From contig JANRIL010000006.1 of assembly GCA_033764955.1 (NCBI GenBank), positions 1-64,000 of the forward strand: 64,000 nucleotides of DNA, in the 5' to 3' direction. This stretch comes from Cyanobacteriota bacterium (GTDB lineage Bacteria; Cyanobacteriota; Cyanobacteriia; Thermostichales; Thermostichaceae). The position numbers were made by a program, and so were the translations under genes. Of the stretch, positions 51,426 through 63,256 are shown one piece after another. A model generated the notes under the pieces. That model was not told the origin of the DNA. It saw only the letters and a program-made list of their open reading frames with translations, and did not search any database. How positions within the stretch are numbered: the first letter of the stretch is position 1; each line of letters begins with the position of its first letter.

Positions 51426-51752
51426 TTACAACCTCTTTTCCACAGAAACATGCGTACTGAGCAGCACCCGTTCCGGCTCTAAGTAAACAAATGTTACCAA
51501 GATTACTTCGTCGTCCGATTCAATCCTAACAGCACAGGTGGCCTGGGGTGGCTCCACCCGCTCATGGCGGACACCGACACGATACTCACCAAGCGAGAGA
51601 TCATCAAAGCCTGCGTCTGCATAGACTAATTCAATCACTTCTTCGGCTGGCTCAATGCCAGCTCCCTCAAGATAGGTGACAAAAGGGATCCCGTCGATAG
51701 AAGTGAGGGCATTGTTTAGGTGGTTGCGAACCATAACAAAAATATCAGACAT
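51426..51752 (-). CDS. Hypothetical acidic beta-rich protein
   Basis: ATG 51752 overlaps the upstream gene's end; operon packing. Confidence 0.6.
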   Translation of the reverse strand: MSDIFVMVRNHLNNALTSIDGIPFVTYLEGAGIEPAEEVIELVYADAGFDDLSLGEYRVGVRHERVEPPQATCAVRIESDDEVILVTFVYLEPERVLLSTHVSVEKRL

Positions 51753-52395
51753 ACCAGCGTGCCCCTGCCTGACCACGGCTAGCCTGTAGCACCTGCAAGC
51801 TGCCGAAGGCGTGGAGAGCTTGCCGACACTCGCCAAAGCCGCAGGCTGTCAGATGGTCGGGAAGAGCCATCCCCAAAAAGTCCCAAGCGGTTTCGGTTTC
51901 AAAGGCCAGCAAAAAAGCTGCCAATCCCGGCCAGATCCAGGCTTGTTGAGGGGTATGCAGATCGAGGGCAAGCAGCAATCCATCGGGAGTCAACACCCGC
52001 CCAATCTCCCGCAACACTTCCAGGATCACCGATTGCGGCCATTCATGCAGTGCCAGACTAATATGCACCACCTCAAAACTCGCATCAGGAAAGGGCATCG
52101 CCTGGGCAAACCCCTCCACAAACTCCGTCTGAGGGAAGCGTCGGCGGGCTTCCGCCAAAGCCCGTGGGGAGGCATCTAATCCGGTCACCCGTTGCGAATG
52201 CTGGAGCAAAAAGGAGGTAGCTTCCCCTGGCCCACAGCAGAGATCCAAGACGCGATCCTGACCTTGCAGGCGGATCCCTTGCAGGGGGAGGCGGTGCAGT
52301 TGAGCATATCCCCCGACGGTGAGGGCTGCTAAACGCGCCACACTGCCATAAAACCAGGGGTAACGATAGCTCCAGGAACGGAGGATAGTAGCCAT
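51745..52395 (-). CDS. Class I SAM-dependent methyltransferase
   Basis: VLDLCCGPG, GLDAS, PFPDASF, ALHE, RVL.P.G. Confidence 0.9.
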   Translation of the reverse strand: MATILRSWSYRYPWFYGSVARLAALTVGGYAQLHRLPLQGIRLQGQDRVLDLCCGPGEATSFLLQHSQRVTGLDASPRALAEARRRFPQTEFVEGFAQAMPFPDASFEVVHISLALHEWPQSVILEVLREIGRVLTPDGLLLALDLHTPQQAWIWPGLAAFLLAFETETAWDFLGMALPDHLTACGFGECRQALHAFGSLQVLQASRGQAGARWYV

Positions 52396-52480
52396 AGTAT
52401 GGAAAGGGGATCCCTATCGACCAGTTTAAGGCCAAGGCATCCCTAGCCAAACCTGTTGCGGAGGAAAGAAGGAAACCATT

Positions 52481-53164
52481 ATGGCGGTGGTTTTGCAGAA
52501 TGTTGTGCCCTTTGGGCGTTCGGCAGCCGAGTATCAGAGAATGTTTAATCTGACGGCTCAGGATCAGCAAAAAACCATTCTGAGTGTGGCGGATGGTCCA
52601 GCTAGTTTTAATGCCGACATGACCCAGCAGGGATGGTCAGTGATATCGATGGATCCCCTCTATGCGCTGGACTCAGCCGACATTTGGCAGAGGTTTATGG
52701 AGTGTCTGGATCCGATTATTGAGCAGGTCAACAATACCCCCGATGACTGGGTGTGGAGTTATCATCAATCCCCTGCCCATCTTAAGCAAAACCGCATTCA
52801 GGTGATGCAACGATTTTTGGCTGACTATGCGGGGGGCAAACAAACAGGGCGCTATCAAGTGGGATCCCTACCTCACCTTGCCTATCCCGATCAAGCCTTT
52901 GATCTGGTTTTGTGCTCGCATTTTTTGTTTTTATATTCGGCTCATTTTGATGTTAATTTTCATCTGAAGTCCATTCAAGAGATGGTGCGGGTTGGCCGAG
53001 AGGTCAGAATTTTTCCGCTCTTGACTCTGGATCTACAACTCTCTCCCCACCTCAAACCCATTCAGCAGGAATTGGCCATATCTGGCATTCCCTCTAGCCT
53101 CGTCTCTGTCTCCTATGAACTGCAAAAAGGGGCCAATCAAATGCTTGTGCTTCGCCATACCTGA
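52481..53164 (+). CDS. SAM-dependent methyltransferase-like protein
   Basis: GRS..EY..MF.L, DGPASF, DP.Y, FDLVLCSHFLFLY, EVRIFPL. Confidence 0.8.
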   Translation: MAVVLQNVVPFGRSAAEYQRMFNLTAQDQQKTILSVADGPASFNADMTQQGWSVISMDPLYALDSADIWQRFMECLDPIIEQVNNTPDDWVWSYHQSPAHLKQNRIQVMQRFLADYAGGKQTGRYQVGSLPHLAYPDQAFDLVLCSHFLFLYSAHFDVNFHLKSIQEMVRVGREVRIFPLLTLDLQLSPHLKPIQQELAISGIPSSLVSVSYELQKGANQMLVLRHT

Positions 53165-53215
53165 GGGAGCAACCTGAGGGATGAATGGGCGGATGTTGTA
53201 GGTGGAGGAACATGG

Positions 53216-54334
53216 CTAGAAGGGGAGGGATCCCAAGTGGGTTTGGGGATAGTAGGAGCTGAGGATTTGTGCCGCAGACCGTCCGGCTTGGGCTTGTCCA
53301 TAGGCTCCCCATTGACAGAGACCCACTCCATGGCCGGCTCCCCGATAGGTGACGCGATAGCCCTGCTCTACAGGCTGCCAGTCATAGCGATTGCTGGGCA
53401 ACACCCCCCATCCCAAATCCTGCCCCAGTTGCAACCAAAAGGCTTGTCCAGTTAGGCGTCGGGATCCGACCGCGATCTGGGTGGGGCGACCGTGGGGATC
53501 CTGCTCCAGGACGTGCACCTCCCGTTCCCCAAAAATACGCTGGATGTCGGCCTGTGCAAGGTGGATCGTGTGGGGGCCATAAAACGGTGAGGGTTGGCAC
53601 CATTCACAGGGGATCCCTTGCAGATAGGGACGGGCGGGCGGGGCAAAAATGGTCTGGTTGGCGCTGGTGTGTCCGCCGCAGGTGGAGTGATAGAGGGCTT
53701 GGATCGGCTGTGGGTGGGAGGAGAAGGTCAATAGTTGTCCTGATGTGGCTTGCACCGCCCGCGTGGTAGTAGGTCGTTCGTAGGTGAGTCCGCCATAAAA
53801 TTGCTGTGCCGTCGAATCGAGCAACGGCGTCGGATCCCCCTGTTGGTGATGGCTGAGGGCGTGGGTGCGTGCCACGATTGCCTGGGCTTCTAGAGCCGCT
53901 GTCGGCCATTCCGGGGGCATTTCGCTGGGAACTACCCCATACAAATAGGCTTCCAGGGGCAAGTAATTGTGGATGGCTAGCTGATTGGCGGCGGTGATGC
54001 TGATTTCCAAGCGTCCTCGGTAGCGACGGGCAGGAGATTGTACCTGCACCTGGATGCCCTGCGCCTGCTCCACAAACAAAGATTGGCCGTAGCGGCGAGG
54101 GGAATGGTCGTGGGTCAGGCTCTCCACCCAGAGGGATCCCTCCTCTGCCCGCAACCGCCAGGATCCGTGTGCCACTGTTTTTCCGGCCAAGGTCAAGGGA
54201 GCGGTCAATATCACTTGGTCAAGCTGAGGAATATGGCTAAATAGGCGAACCCGCACCCAAGGCTGAGGAGGAGGGGGATCCCTAGCTAGCAGCACCCCCG
54301 TCCCCAAAATGACCAGCGATTGCCGACGATTCAC
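53216..54334 (-). CDS. SpoIID/LytB family peptidoglycan hydrolase
   Basis: LEAYLYGVVPSEM, ALEAQAIVART, YHSTCGGHT, GHGVGLCQWGA; start uncertain. Confidence 0.9.
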   Translation of the reverse strand: MNRRQSLVILGTGVLLARDPPPPQPWVRVRLFSHIPQLDQVILTAPLTLAGKTVAHGSWRLRAEEGSLWVESLTHDHSPRRYGQSLFVEQAQGIQVQVQSPARRYRGRLEISITAANQLAIHNYLPLEAYLYGVVPSEMPPEWPTAALEAQAIVARTHALSHHQQGDPTPLLDSTAQQFYGGLTYERPTTTRAVQATSGQLLTFSSHPQPIQALYHSTCGGHTSANQTIFAPPARPYLQGIPCEWCQPSPFYGPHTIHLAQADIQRIFGEREVHVLEQDPHGRPTQIAVGSRRLTGQAFWLQLGQDLGWGVLPSNRYDWQPVEQGYRVTYRGAGHGVGLCQWGAYGQAQAGRSAAQILSSYYPQTHLGSLPF

Positions 54335-54469
54335 AGGCTCGACCTCAAAAGGGGATCCCTGTGGGTAGGGGAGATATGCTGAACGAAAGGGTAACTCCTT
54401 CAAACAAAGAACCCATCATTGTCATCATCGCCTCCTATCCATTCTGTCTATCCGTAACCCATTCCGATT

Positions 54470-55564
54470 ATGTTGCCCAAAATTAGCTTGCAAACCCGTC
54501 TGTTGCTCTCCCATCTGGCGGTGATGGGGGTGGGGGTGGGGGCGCTGATTGTGGTGGGACGGGTCACCTCGCCCCGTTTTTTTGTAACCCACCTTGAACA
54601 GTTGGAGGTAGGGGGCATCAACCTGCGGCTAGAACGGACGGATCTGGTGCGGGGATTTGAGTTGGCCTGGACAAAAGGAGCTGATTGGTCGGTGTTAATT
54701 GGGGTGACGACCGCCGCCGGACTGGGGTTTTGGGTGTCTCACCGCATCAGTCAACCCCTACAAGAAATTGAAGAAGTCTCACGGCGGGTGGCGGCAGGGG
54801 ATCTTTCCTTTCGGGTTCCCCCCAACGAAATTATGGAGTTAGACCAACTGGGGCGCAGTTTTAACCATATGGCCGAAAGCCTTAGCCACATCGAACGCCG
54901 TCGCCGCGATTTGATCGGGGATCTCAGCCATGAACTACGCACCCCCTTGACGGTCTTGGAGGGGTATTTGGAGGGCTGTGCCGACGGGACGATTGAAGCC
55001 ACCCCCGAACTATTTGCCCGTTTGGGCAACGAGTCACGGCGGCTGCGGCGGTTGGTGGATGATTTGCAGGAGCTATCGAAAGCCGAATCCGGCTATTTAC
55101 CGATCACCCTGCAATCGGTCAGTTTATTGCCCCTTCTCAAGCGCACCCTGGAAAAACTGGGATCCCAAATTGGCGACGATGGCCCGACGTTGCGCCTGGA
55201 AGTACCCTCCGATCTGGCGCTGATTGAGGGGGATCCCGACCGGATCGAGCAAATTTTGATCAACATCATTGGCAATGCCATCCGCTACACGGCGACGGGC
55301 AGCATCACGGTGGCCGCTTGCCATCAGGAGCGATGGGTTTGGGTGTCCGTACAAGATACTGGCTGCGGCATTGCTACGGAAGATTTACCCTTTGTATTTG
55401 AGCGGTTTTGGCGAGCCGACCGTTCCCGCTCCCATGCCTCCGGCGGTTCAGGGATTGGGTTGGCGATTACCCGCCGTTTGGTGGAACTGCAAGGGGGGCG
55501 CATTGAGGTAGAGAGCCAACTGGGGCAGGGCAGTACCTTTCGTTTTTGCTTGCCAATGGCCTGA
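54470..55564 (+). CDS. HAMP-domain sensor histidine kinase
   Basis: SHELRTPL, NAIRY, DTGCGI, FERFWR, GSGIGLAI. Confidence 0.93.
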   Translation: MLPKISLQTRLLLSHLAVMGVGVGALIVVGRVTSPRFFVTHLEQLEVGGINLRLERTDLVRGFELAWTKGADWSVLIGVTTAAGLGFWVSHRISQPLQEIEEVSRRVAAGDLSFRVPPNEIMELDQLGRSFNHMAESLSHIERRRRDLIGDLSHELRTPLTVLEGYLEGCADGTIEATPELFARLGNESRRLRRLVDDLQELSKAESGYLPITLQSVSLLPLLKRTLEKLGSQIGDDGPTLRLEVPSDLALIEGDPDRIEQILINIIGNAIRYTATGSITVAACHQERWVWVSVQDTGCGIATEDLPFVFERFWRADRSRSHASGGSGIGLAITRRLVELQGGRIEVESQLGQGSTFRFCLPMA

Positions 55565-55639
55565 GTTGAGATGGCTAAAACCTCAGGGCTGGGGGAGAAT
55601 GCTAGAATGTCAATCTGCCAACGTTGGGGAGCATCGGGG

Positions 55640-56776
55640 ATGGCTAGGCCAAAAAAATCAGAAGCCCAAGAGCAGGCTGGAGATAGCGGCTTTGACAAAC
55701 TAGCCCCCGAAAAACGCAAAGCCCTCGACCAAGTATTAGGCCAGATTGAGCGCAACTTTGGCAAGGGATCCATCATGCGTTTGGGAGATGCCGCCCAGAT
55801 GAAGGTGGAGACCGTTTCTAGTGGTGCCCTCCCCCTTGATTTAGCGCTGGGAGGGGGCTATCCCAAAGGGCGGATCATTGAAGTGTTTGGGCCTGAATCC
55901 TCCGGTAAGACCTCGATTGCCCTCCATGCCATTGCGGAAGTACAAAAAGCGGGGGGAGTAGCGGCTTTTGTGGATGCCGAACATGCACTGGATCCCACCT
56001 ATGCGGCAGCCCTCGGCGTCAATATTCAGGATCTATTGGTGTCGCAACCGGACACAGGCGAATCCGCCCTAGAAATCGTCGATCAACTGGTGCGTTCCGC
56101 CGCCGTCGATATTATTGTGATTGACTCGGTGGCCGCCCTCGTCCCCCGTGCGGAAATCGAAGGGGATATGGGCGATGCTCATGTGGGTCTGCAAGCCCGT
56201 TTGATGAGTCAAGCCCTCCGCAAAATCGCCGGTAACATCAGCAAAACCGGATCCCTAGTGGTCTTTCTCAACCAACTGCGCGCCAAAATTGGCGGGATGG
56301 GGTATGGCCCCCAAGAAACCACAACCGGAGGCAATGCCCTCAAGTTTTATGCCTCCGTCCGTCTTGATATCCGGCGCATTCAAACCCTCAAAAAAGGCAA
56401 TGACGAATACGGGATCCGTGCGAAGGTAAAGGTCGTTAAAAATAAGGTGGCTCCTCCCTTCCGCCGCGCCGAGTTTGACATTATTTTTGGGCAAGGCATT
56501 TCAACGATTGGCTGTTTGATTGATCTGGCGGAAGAAGCAGGCATCGTGAAAAAACGTGGCTCTTGGTATAGCTACAAAGACGAAAATGTCTCCCAAGGTC
56601 GTGACAATCTGATTATTTATCTTAAAGAAAACCCAGAGATTCTCCATGAAATTGAGTTATTGCTGAAGGAAAAACTGGCTAGTGGAGTGGCGGTTTCTGC
56701 CACATCGGTTGCCCCCCTCGAAGAAGGCGATGAGACCGAAGTTACGGAACAGGAAACATTGGAAGAAGAGTTTTAG
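55640..56776 (+). CDS. recA: Recombinase A
   Basis: [40 protein letters not shown]. Confidence 0.99.
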   Translation: MARPKKSEAQEQAGDSGFDKLAPEKRKALDQVLGQIERNFGKGSIMRLGDAAQMKVETVSSGALPLDLALGGGYPKGRIIEVFGPESSGKTSIALHAIAEVQKAGGVAAFVDAEHALDPTYAAALGVNIQDLLVSQPDTGESALEIVDQLVRSAAVDIIVIDSVAALVPRAEIEGDMGDAHVGLQARLMSQALRKIAGNISKTGSLVVFLNQLRAKIGGMGYGPQETTTGGNALKFYASVRLDIRRIQTLKKGNDEYGIRAKVKVVKNKVAPPFRRAEFDIIFGQGISTIGCLIDLAEEAGIVKKRGSWYSYKDENVSQGRDNLIIYLKENPEILHEIELLLKEKLASGVAVSATSVAPLEEGDETEVTEQETLEEEF

Positions 56777-56925
56777 AGCTTCTTTTCAAAGAAATGTTTT
56801 TTCAAAAAATATTGAGTCGCTGGTGGATTGCTGAGATATTGCTAACTTAGCAACCCAATACTGACCGCATTGTGTCGATCCCCTGCATGGATGATATCCC
56901 CTAGCCTGGTGAGAGTTCTCCTCCT

Positions 56926-57633
56926 ATGACTGCTAATCTCCCCCCTCTCCCTGGGGCTAGCGACCTCCGTTTTGACCCGATCCCGGCTGAGCTACGTCAG
57001 CGATTGGGGGATCCCTTATCCCCCCTACAATGGCGTCCGTATCCGTGGCTCCCCTTTGATTGGTCATTACAGGTGGGGGATTGGGGGTGGATTTATGCCA
57101 GCCCTGAAGTGGAAACGGTGGGATGGGCGGAAGCTTTGCTGCGCCTGCGCTGGTCCCACCCGCCCATCCCTTGGGTTCGTCCTCCCGATTCCCTGCTAAC
57201 CCATTTGCAGGAGCCCTCTCCCCAAGATCAGGTATTGCTCACTTTTTGCTGGAGCCTGAACCGAGTTGTGCAGGCAGCTGTGTTGGATCAAGAGTTAGCT
57301 ACCGCTGGCTACAGTCCGCAGGAGAGCCACAACCGCACCCTTGATCAGATCTGTCAGCATGTTGAACGGATCCCAGAATTTGCCAGAGTTTTACTCGTAT
57401 TGGAGTTGCTCTATCGGGAGATTTCCATTCCGCAACAGCAGCAACTCAAAGCTATCTGTGGTCAAGACGTGATGCAGGCGGCTTATCAGATGAATATGAT
57501 GTGTGTGGATCCCCATAGCCCCGACCGAACCCTGCTACAGGTACAGCGTATTGCTCTGAAGTTGGCGGGGGAGGCAGAAGCCTATTTACGCTCAAGTGTG
57601 CGGACACAATTGTCCGATGGGCGAATCGTCTAG
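56926..57633 (+). CDS. Hypothetical protein
   Basis: 235-aa ORF co-directional with recA and glbN; no family recognised. Confidence 0.55.
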   Translation: MTANLPPLPGASDLRFDPIPAELRQRLGDPLSPLQWRPYPWLPFDWSLQVGDWGWIYASPEVETVGWAEALLRLRWSHPPIPWVRPPDSLLTHLQEPSPQDQVLLTFCWSLNRVVQAAVLDQELATAGYSPQESHNRTLDQICQHVERIPEFARVLLVLELLYREISIPQQQQLKAICGQDVMQAAYQMNMMCVDPHSPDRTLLQVQRIALKLAGEAEAYLRSSVRTQLSDGRIV

Positions 57634-57770
57634 CCTCAAGAGTGGAGTGCTATTGACTATCGGAATCTCTATCGAAAACCCTAGCCCCTGTGGAGAAGGA
57701 GGATCCCTCTGGACAAACGGAAGCTTGCGACTATGATCAAGGCGAAGCATTCGGGGAGTTAGCTTTTCTC

Positions 57771-58148
57771 ATGGCAACTTTATACGAGCAAATCGGTGGA
57801 GCCGCTGCCGTTCAATTGGCGGTGGATAACTTTTATCAGCGGGTCATGGCGGATTCACGGATCAATCACTTTTTTGCTGGGGTTGATATGCAAAAACAAC
57901 GCGCCCATCAGGTGGCCTTTCTCACCTATGCCTTTGGGGGCAGTTCTCAGTATGACGGGCGATCCATGCAAAAAGCTCACGAACGCCTAGTGCAGCAGAT
58001 GGGGTTGACTGATACCCACTACGATGCCGTGGTCGAAAACCTGGTGGCAACCTTGCAAGAGCTACAAGTGGCTGAACCACTCATTGGGGAGGTGGGTCAA
58101 CTGGCCGAGTCTATTCGCAAGGATGTTTTGAGTCAGTCGGCTAGCTAA
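57771..58148 (+). CDS. glbN: Group 1 truncated haemoglobin (cyanoglobin)
   Basis: TLYEQIGG, FY, HFF, QRAHQ..FL..AFGG, Y.GR.M..AH. Confidence 0.93.
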   Translation: MATLYEQIGGAAAVQLAVDNFYQRVMADSRINHFFAGVDMQKQRAHQVAFLTYAFGGSSQYDGRSMQKAHERLVQQMGLTDTHYDAVVENLVATLQELQVAEPLIGEVGQLAESIRKDVLSQSAS

Positions 58149-58171
58149 TCGTTGGGATCCTAAATTACTTG

Positions 58172-58190
58172 CTCCCCCTCAACAGGGGAG
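58172..58190. terminator. Hairpin between convergent genes
   Basis: CTCCCC-7 nt-GGGGAG. Confidence 0.4.
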
Positions 58191-58202
58191 GAACCCATCG
58201 AA

Positions 58203-58889
58203 CTATCCTTGGATGTAAGGGGTGACATCTTCTCCACACTGATCGGCGAGGTAGGAGAGGGCTCGAAAGCGGAGAGCCACCACCTGCTCGTAGAGAGGAT
58301 TGAGTTTGCACATCGGGGGAATGTGAATCACCTTTTGTCCAAATACTGTCACATCCCGCTCAAAGGGGCATTGGGCTGGAATCAGTCGGCATAAAAACTT
58401 AGCCACCTTTGGATTTTTAACTTCAATCCCATCCATCCACTGCCGCATCGGTGCCAACAAATCGGGGCTGGTCTCCGAGGCATCCTCGCTGGTAGGGTAC
58501 ACCCCAGACACCAGCGTAGAACGCAGTAATTCTAATTGGGGAATCTGCAAGTGCAAAGCCTGAGAAAAAGCTTGTAGCAACTTGTCTTCTTCCTTCGAAT
58601 ACAGACCATCCGCCACCGCTGTCATCACGGCTGTTCTGAGAAAATCTTCTGCATGTTTCGGATCCAACTGTTGTCCTAGCTCCTCCGGACTAATCGGCTC
58701 CAGAGGCTGATCGGCTTCCTGTGGCCACTCCGAACGGATGAGATCTTCAATCAAAGCCTGCTCCTGCGGATCGTAATGACCATCCGCCCAGGCTAAACTG
58801 AGCAGACCCCGCAGCCAGAGATGGGCTTGGGCGGGACTACCGTCAAAGTCAAGGGGTTGAGCAGAATTGGCAGCAGCATGGGTCTGCAT
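58203..58889 (-). CDS. TerB-like + 'Mo-dependent nitrogenase C-terminal' domain protein
   Basis: WLRGLLSLAWADG, AVADG.YS..E; IPAQCPFERD, HIPPMCKLNPLYEQ. Confidence 0.85.
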   Translation of the reverse strand: MQTHAAANSAQPLDFDGSPAQAHLWLRGLLSLAWADGHYDPQEQALIEDLIRSEWPQEADQPLEPISPEELGQQLDPKHAEDFLRTAVMTAVADGLYSKEEDKLLQAFSQALHLQIPQLELLRSTLVSGVYPTSEDASETSPDLLAPMRQWMDGIEVKNPKVAKFLCRLIPAQCPFERDVTVFGQKVIHIPPMCKLNPLYEQVVALRFRALSYLADQCGEDVTPYIQG

Positions 58890-58970
58890 TCGATCCAAAT
58901 CCCTTTGCTATCCATCCATCGTTATTGTAGGAAGTTAGCGGATCCCCTTGCTGAAATCAGCAGATTTTTG

Positions 58971-59630
58971 TTAGTTTGTCTCTTCTTGCATGGGCTGTCC
59001 CTCCCTATTGGCCAAATTCATCAAGGAGGTAACTCCCAACGCCAATGCTCGCACCTGCGCTAAGTCATGGCTGAGGGGTTGCAGAGGGCCATCCACCAAG
59101 AGAGCCGCTAATCCATGCACCAAACTCCATACTCCCATCGCGGCTTGCTCCCGTCGCGGGGCAGCTAGCTGAAATTCATCAATAACCTGCATGACGGTAC
59201 GAAAAACCGAGGTGCAGGCGGGGTTATTGCTGGTGAAAGGGGATCCCATTTCGGGGCGAAACATCAGGCGAAAGTCCGCCGGATGTTCAACAGCAAACAT
59301 CACATAAGCCACTCCAACGGCTTGTAACTTTTCTTGGGGGGTTGTCTGGCCCAGCAAGGCACGCTGGTAAGCCTGCTCCAGTCGCTCAAAGCGATGCCAG
59401 ACCAATTCTTGAATCAACTCTGCCTTGTCTTTGAAATGGTGATAGGGGGCACCCGAACTGACTCCCGCTCGCCGTGCCACCTCCCGCAATGTCAGGGACT
59501 CAATGCCGGATTCCTGCACCAGTTGTCCGGCTGCCTCAATTAGAGCAATGCGGAGATTGCCGTGGTGGTAAGCATCGGTTTTTTTGAGAGATTTAGGAGC
59601 CACAAGAGAAACCACATGGGATCTTGACAA
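58971..59630 (-). CDS. TetR-family regulator (WHG-type C-terminus)
   Basis: YHHGNLR, LTLREVARRAGVS..APYHHF, WSLVHGLA; start uncertain. Confidence 0.92.
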   Translation of the reverse strand: MSRSHVVSLVAPKSLKKTDAYHHGNLRIALIEAAGQLVQESGIESLTLREVARRAGVSSGAPYHHFKDKAELIQELVWHRFERLEQAYQRALLGQTTPQEKLQAVGVAYVMFAVEHPADFRLMFRPEMGSPFTSNNPACTSVFRTVMQVIDEFQLAAPRREQAAMGVWSLVHGLAALLVDGPLQPLSHDLAQVRALALGVTSLMNLANREGQPMQEETN

Positions 59631-59684
59631 CGTTTAGATCATAGTTCATCTTAGAGGTGTTCAGATTCTAAGCATCGCTTAGAT
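59621..59684. promoter_or_regulatory. Three 19-bp quasi-palindromic boxes, likely TetR operators; TTGACA -35 in box 1
   Basis: ATCTTGACAACGTTTAGAT, ATCTTAGAGGTGTTCAGAT, TTCTAAGCATCGCTTAGAT. Confidence 0.65.
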
Positions 59685-59716
59685 AAAATTCAGCCACTTA
59701 ACCAAAGGAAGCCCTT

Positions 59717-60493
59717 ATGCTGTTGTTGTCCAAAAATGCCCTTGTCTTTGCGGCTAGCGGAGCAATTGGGGGAGAGGTTGCCCGTCAATTTGCGAAAGAG
59801 GGGGCACAGGTTTGGCTTTCGGGCAGAAACGCGGTCGCATTGAGCAGTTTACAAAAGCAGATTGAGGCGACGGGGGGAACCGCTCATGTCGAACTTGTTG
59901 ATGCCACCGATGCCTCCGCCGTGATCGCCTACGTCAAGCGGGTTACTCAAATGGCAGGATCGATTGATGTAGTTTTCAACGGCATTGGTGGCAGACCTAG
60001 CGATTTGGGCTACCCCAGTTCTTCGTTGGGTTTAGATGTGGAGCAATTTTTTAAGCCCCTCCGCTTGATTGTGGGATCCACTTTCCTGACCTCACAAGCG
60101 GTTGCTCAGCAGATGATCCAGCAGGGGAGCGGCGCGATTGTGACCTTATCTGCCACTCTCACGGGCATGACCGCTCCCCATATGGCTAGCATCACCGCCA
60201 CCTGCGGCGCGATTGAAGCCATGACCCGTTCGCTAGCCGGAGAATTTGGCAGATCAGGAGTAAGGGTGAACTGTGTCAGGGGATCCGCAATGCCCGAAAC
60301 CCGCACTATTCAAGAAACGATGGCCGGTCAACAGCAACTTATGGGATCCCTGCCCACGATGGAGTTACCCCCCTTAGGTCGCCCCATTTCCGTCGGAGAA
60401 ACCGCCGCCACCGTAGCTTTTCTGGCCTCAGATCGCGCGAGTGGCATGACCGGACAAGTGGTTACGGTTTGTGCGGGAGCGTTTGTGGGCTAG
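59717..60493 (+). CDS. Short-chain dehydrogenase/reductase
   Basis: ALVFAASGAIG, GVRVNCV, PLGR, AFLASD.AS.MTG. Confidence 0.85.
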   Translation: MLLLSKNALVFAASGAIGGEVARQFAKEGAQVWLSGRNAVALSSLQKQIEATGGTAHVELVDATDASAVIAYVKRVTQMAGSIDVVFNGIGGRPSDLGYPSSSLGLDVEQFFKPLRLIVGSTFLTSQAVAQQMIQQGSGAIVTLSATLTGMTAPHMASITATCGAIEAMTRSLAGEFGRSGVRVNCVRGSAMPETRTIQETMAGQQQLMGSLPTMELPPLGRPISVGETAATVAFLASDRASGMTGQVVTVCAGAFVG

Positions 60494-60652
60494 GGAATTT
60501 AGCCTGAGTTTGATGGGGTAAGAACAAATCCAATCTTTTCAACCCTTTTCTAGAGGGGGTTGACCAGAGTGGAGCCTTGCAAAAAAATGGTTCAGTAGGA
60601 TAAACAGGTTGCTACCGCTTGATCCGGATCCCATAACAGGATCTAAGGTGTA

Positions 60653-61597
60653 TTAGAGAGCTTCCGATCCGCCCACAACCTCCAAAATCTCCTGGGTGAT
60701 AGCCGCCTGCCGCGCCTTGTTATAGGAGAGTCCTAGTTTTTTGATCAAATCGCTGGCGTTATCACTGGCATTATTCATCGCTGTCATGCGAGAGGCCAAT
60801 TCGCTAGCTGCCGACTCCTGGAGAGCACGCAACAGTTGGTTATTCAAATAGAGGGGCAAAAGGGCATCCAAAATTTGGACGGGATCCTGCTCAAAGATCA
60901 TGTCCTGCGGGGGAGCTGTCAGTTGGGCGGTCACCTTGCTGCGCTCCACCGTGAAATCTCCCCCTTTCACCAGTAGCCTGAAAACTTCATCCTCGGCGGA
61001 CGAAAGCTGGGTGACGTTGAGGGGTAACAAACTTTGAATGGTGGGGCGAGAACTGATCAAGGAGACAAATCGAGTATAGATAAGCTCAACTTTATCAATA
61101 GACTCGGAAAGAAAAGCTGACAATAAAAAGTCCCCAACAGTTGCCGCTTCAGCAGCGGTGGGAATTTGTTCCAAATTCATGAAAGATTTGGCAATCGGAG
61201 CCTGCCGTCGTTGAAAATATTGGTTCGCTTTCCGACCCACCAAAATATATTCGTATTCAATTCCCGCCTGTTGCAACTCACGAGAGCGCTCTTCTGCTTT
61301 TTTGATCACATTGGAGTTATAACCTCCACACAAACCGCGATCCCCAGAAATCACCAAAAGACCTACCTTTTTCACCTCCCGATTTTGCAGGAGGGGCAAG
61401 TTGATATCTTCGAGTTTGAGACGAGTTTGCAAGCGAAAAAAGACTTGAGCCAAGCGATCCGCAAAAGGACGGGTGGCATTCACCTGTTCTTGGGCACGCC
61501 GTACCCGTGCCGCGGCTACCAAGCGCATCGCTTCGGTAATTTTGCGGGTGTTTTTGACGGATTTGATCCGGTCGCGGATCCCTTTCAGATTAGCCAT
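60653..61597 (-). CDS. atpG: ATP synthase F1 gamma subunit
   Basis: [40 protein letters not shown]. Confidence 0.98.
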   Translation of the reverse strand: MANLKGIRDRIKSVKNTRKITEAMRLVAAARVRRAQEQVNATRPFADRLAQVFFRLQTRLKLEDINLPLLQNREVKKVGLLVISGDRGLCGGYNSNVIKKAEERSRELQQAGIEYEYILVGRKANQYFQRRQAPIAKSFMNLEQIPTAAEAATVGDFLLSAFLSESIDKVELIYTRFVSLISSRPTIQSLLPLNVTQLSSAEDEVFRLLVKGGDFTVERSKVTAQLTAPPQDMIFEQDPVQILDALLPLYLNNQLLRALQESAASELASRMTAMNNASDNASDLIKKLGLSYNKARQAAITQEILEVVGGSEAL

Positions 61598-61641
61598 AGA
61601 TGGTGTCCTGTCAGACTGAAATTACGGATCTGGCTTGAGGT

Positions 61642-61666
61642 TGGGGGGAAGTCAGCATTCCCCCCA
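61642..61666. other. Intercistronic stem-loop between atpA and the gamma gene
   Basis: TGGGGGGAA-7 nt-TTCCCCCCA, perfect 9-bp stem. Confidence 0.6.
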
Positions 61667-61696
61667 TTGAGAGCATCAAAGGCAAGCCTTCCACGG

Positions 61697-63241
<1,545 letters not shown>

Positions 63242-63256
63242 TCAATCGGTTCGGGA

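Noticed and set aside
55500..55640. LexA box upstream of recA
   Set aside because: AGTACCTTTCGTTT matches only half of the cyanobacterial RGTAC-N3-DGTWC consensus and lies within the kinase gene
58203..58889. Nitrogen-fixation gene
   Set aside because: The domain name is a family label only; no nif genes or nitrogenase motifs in the window
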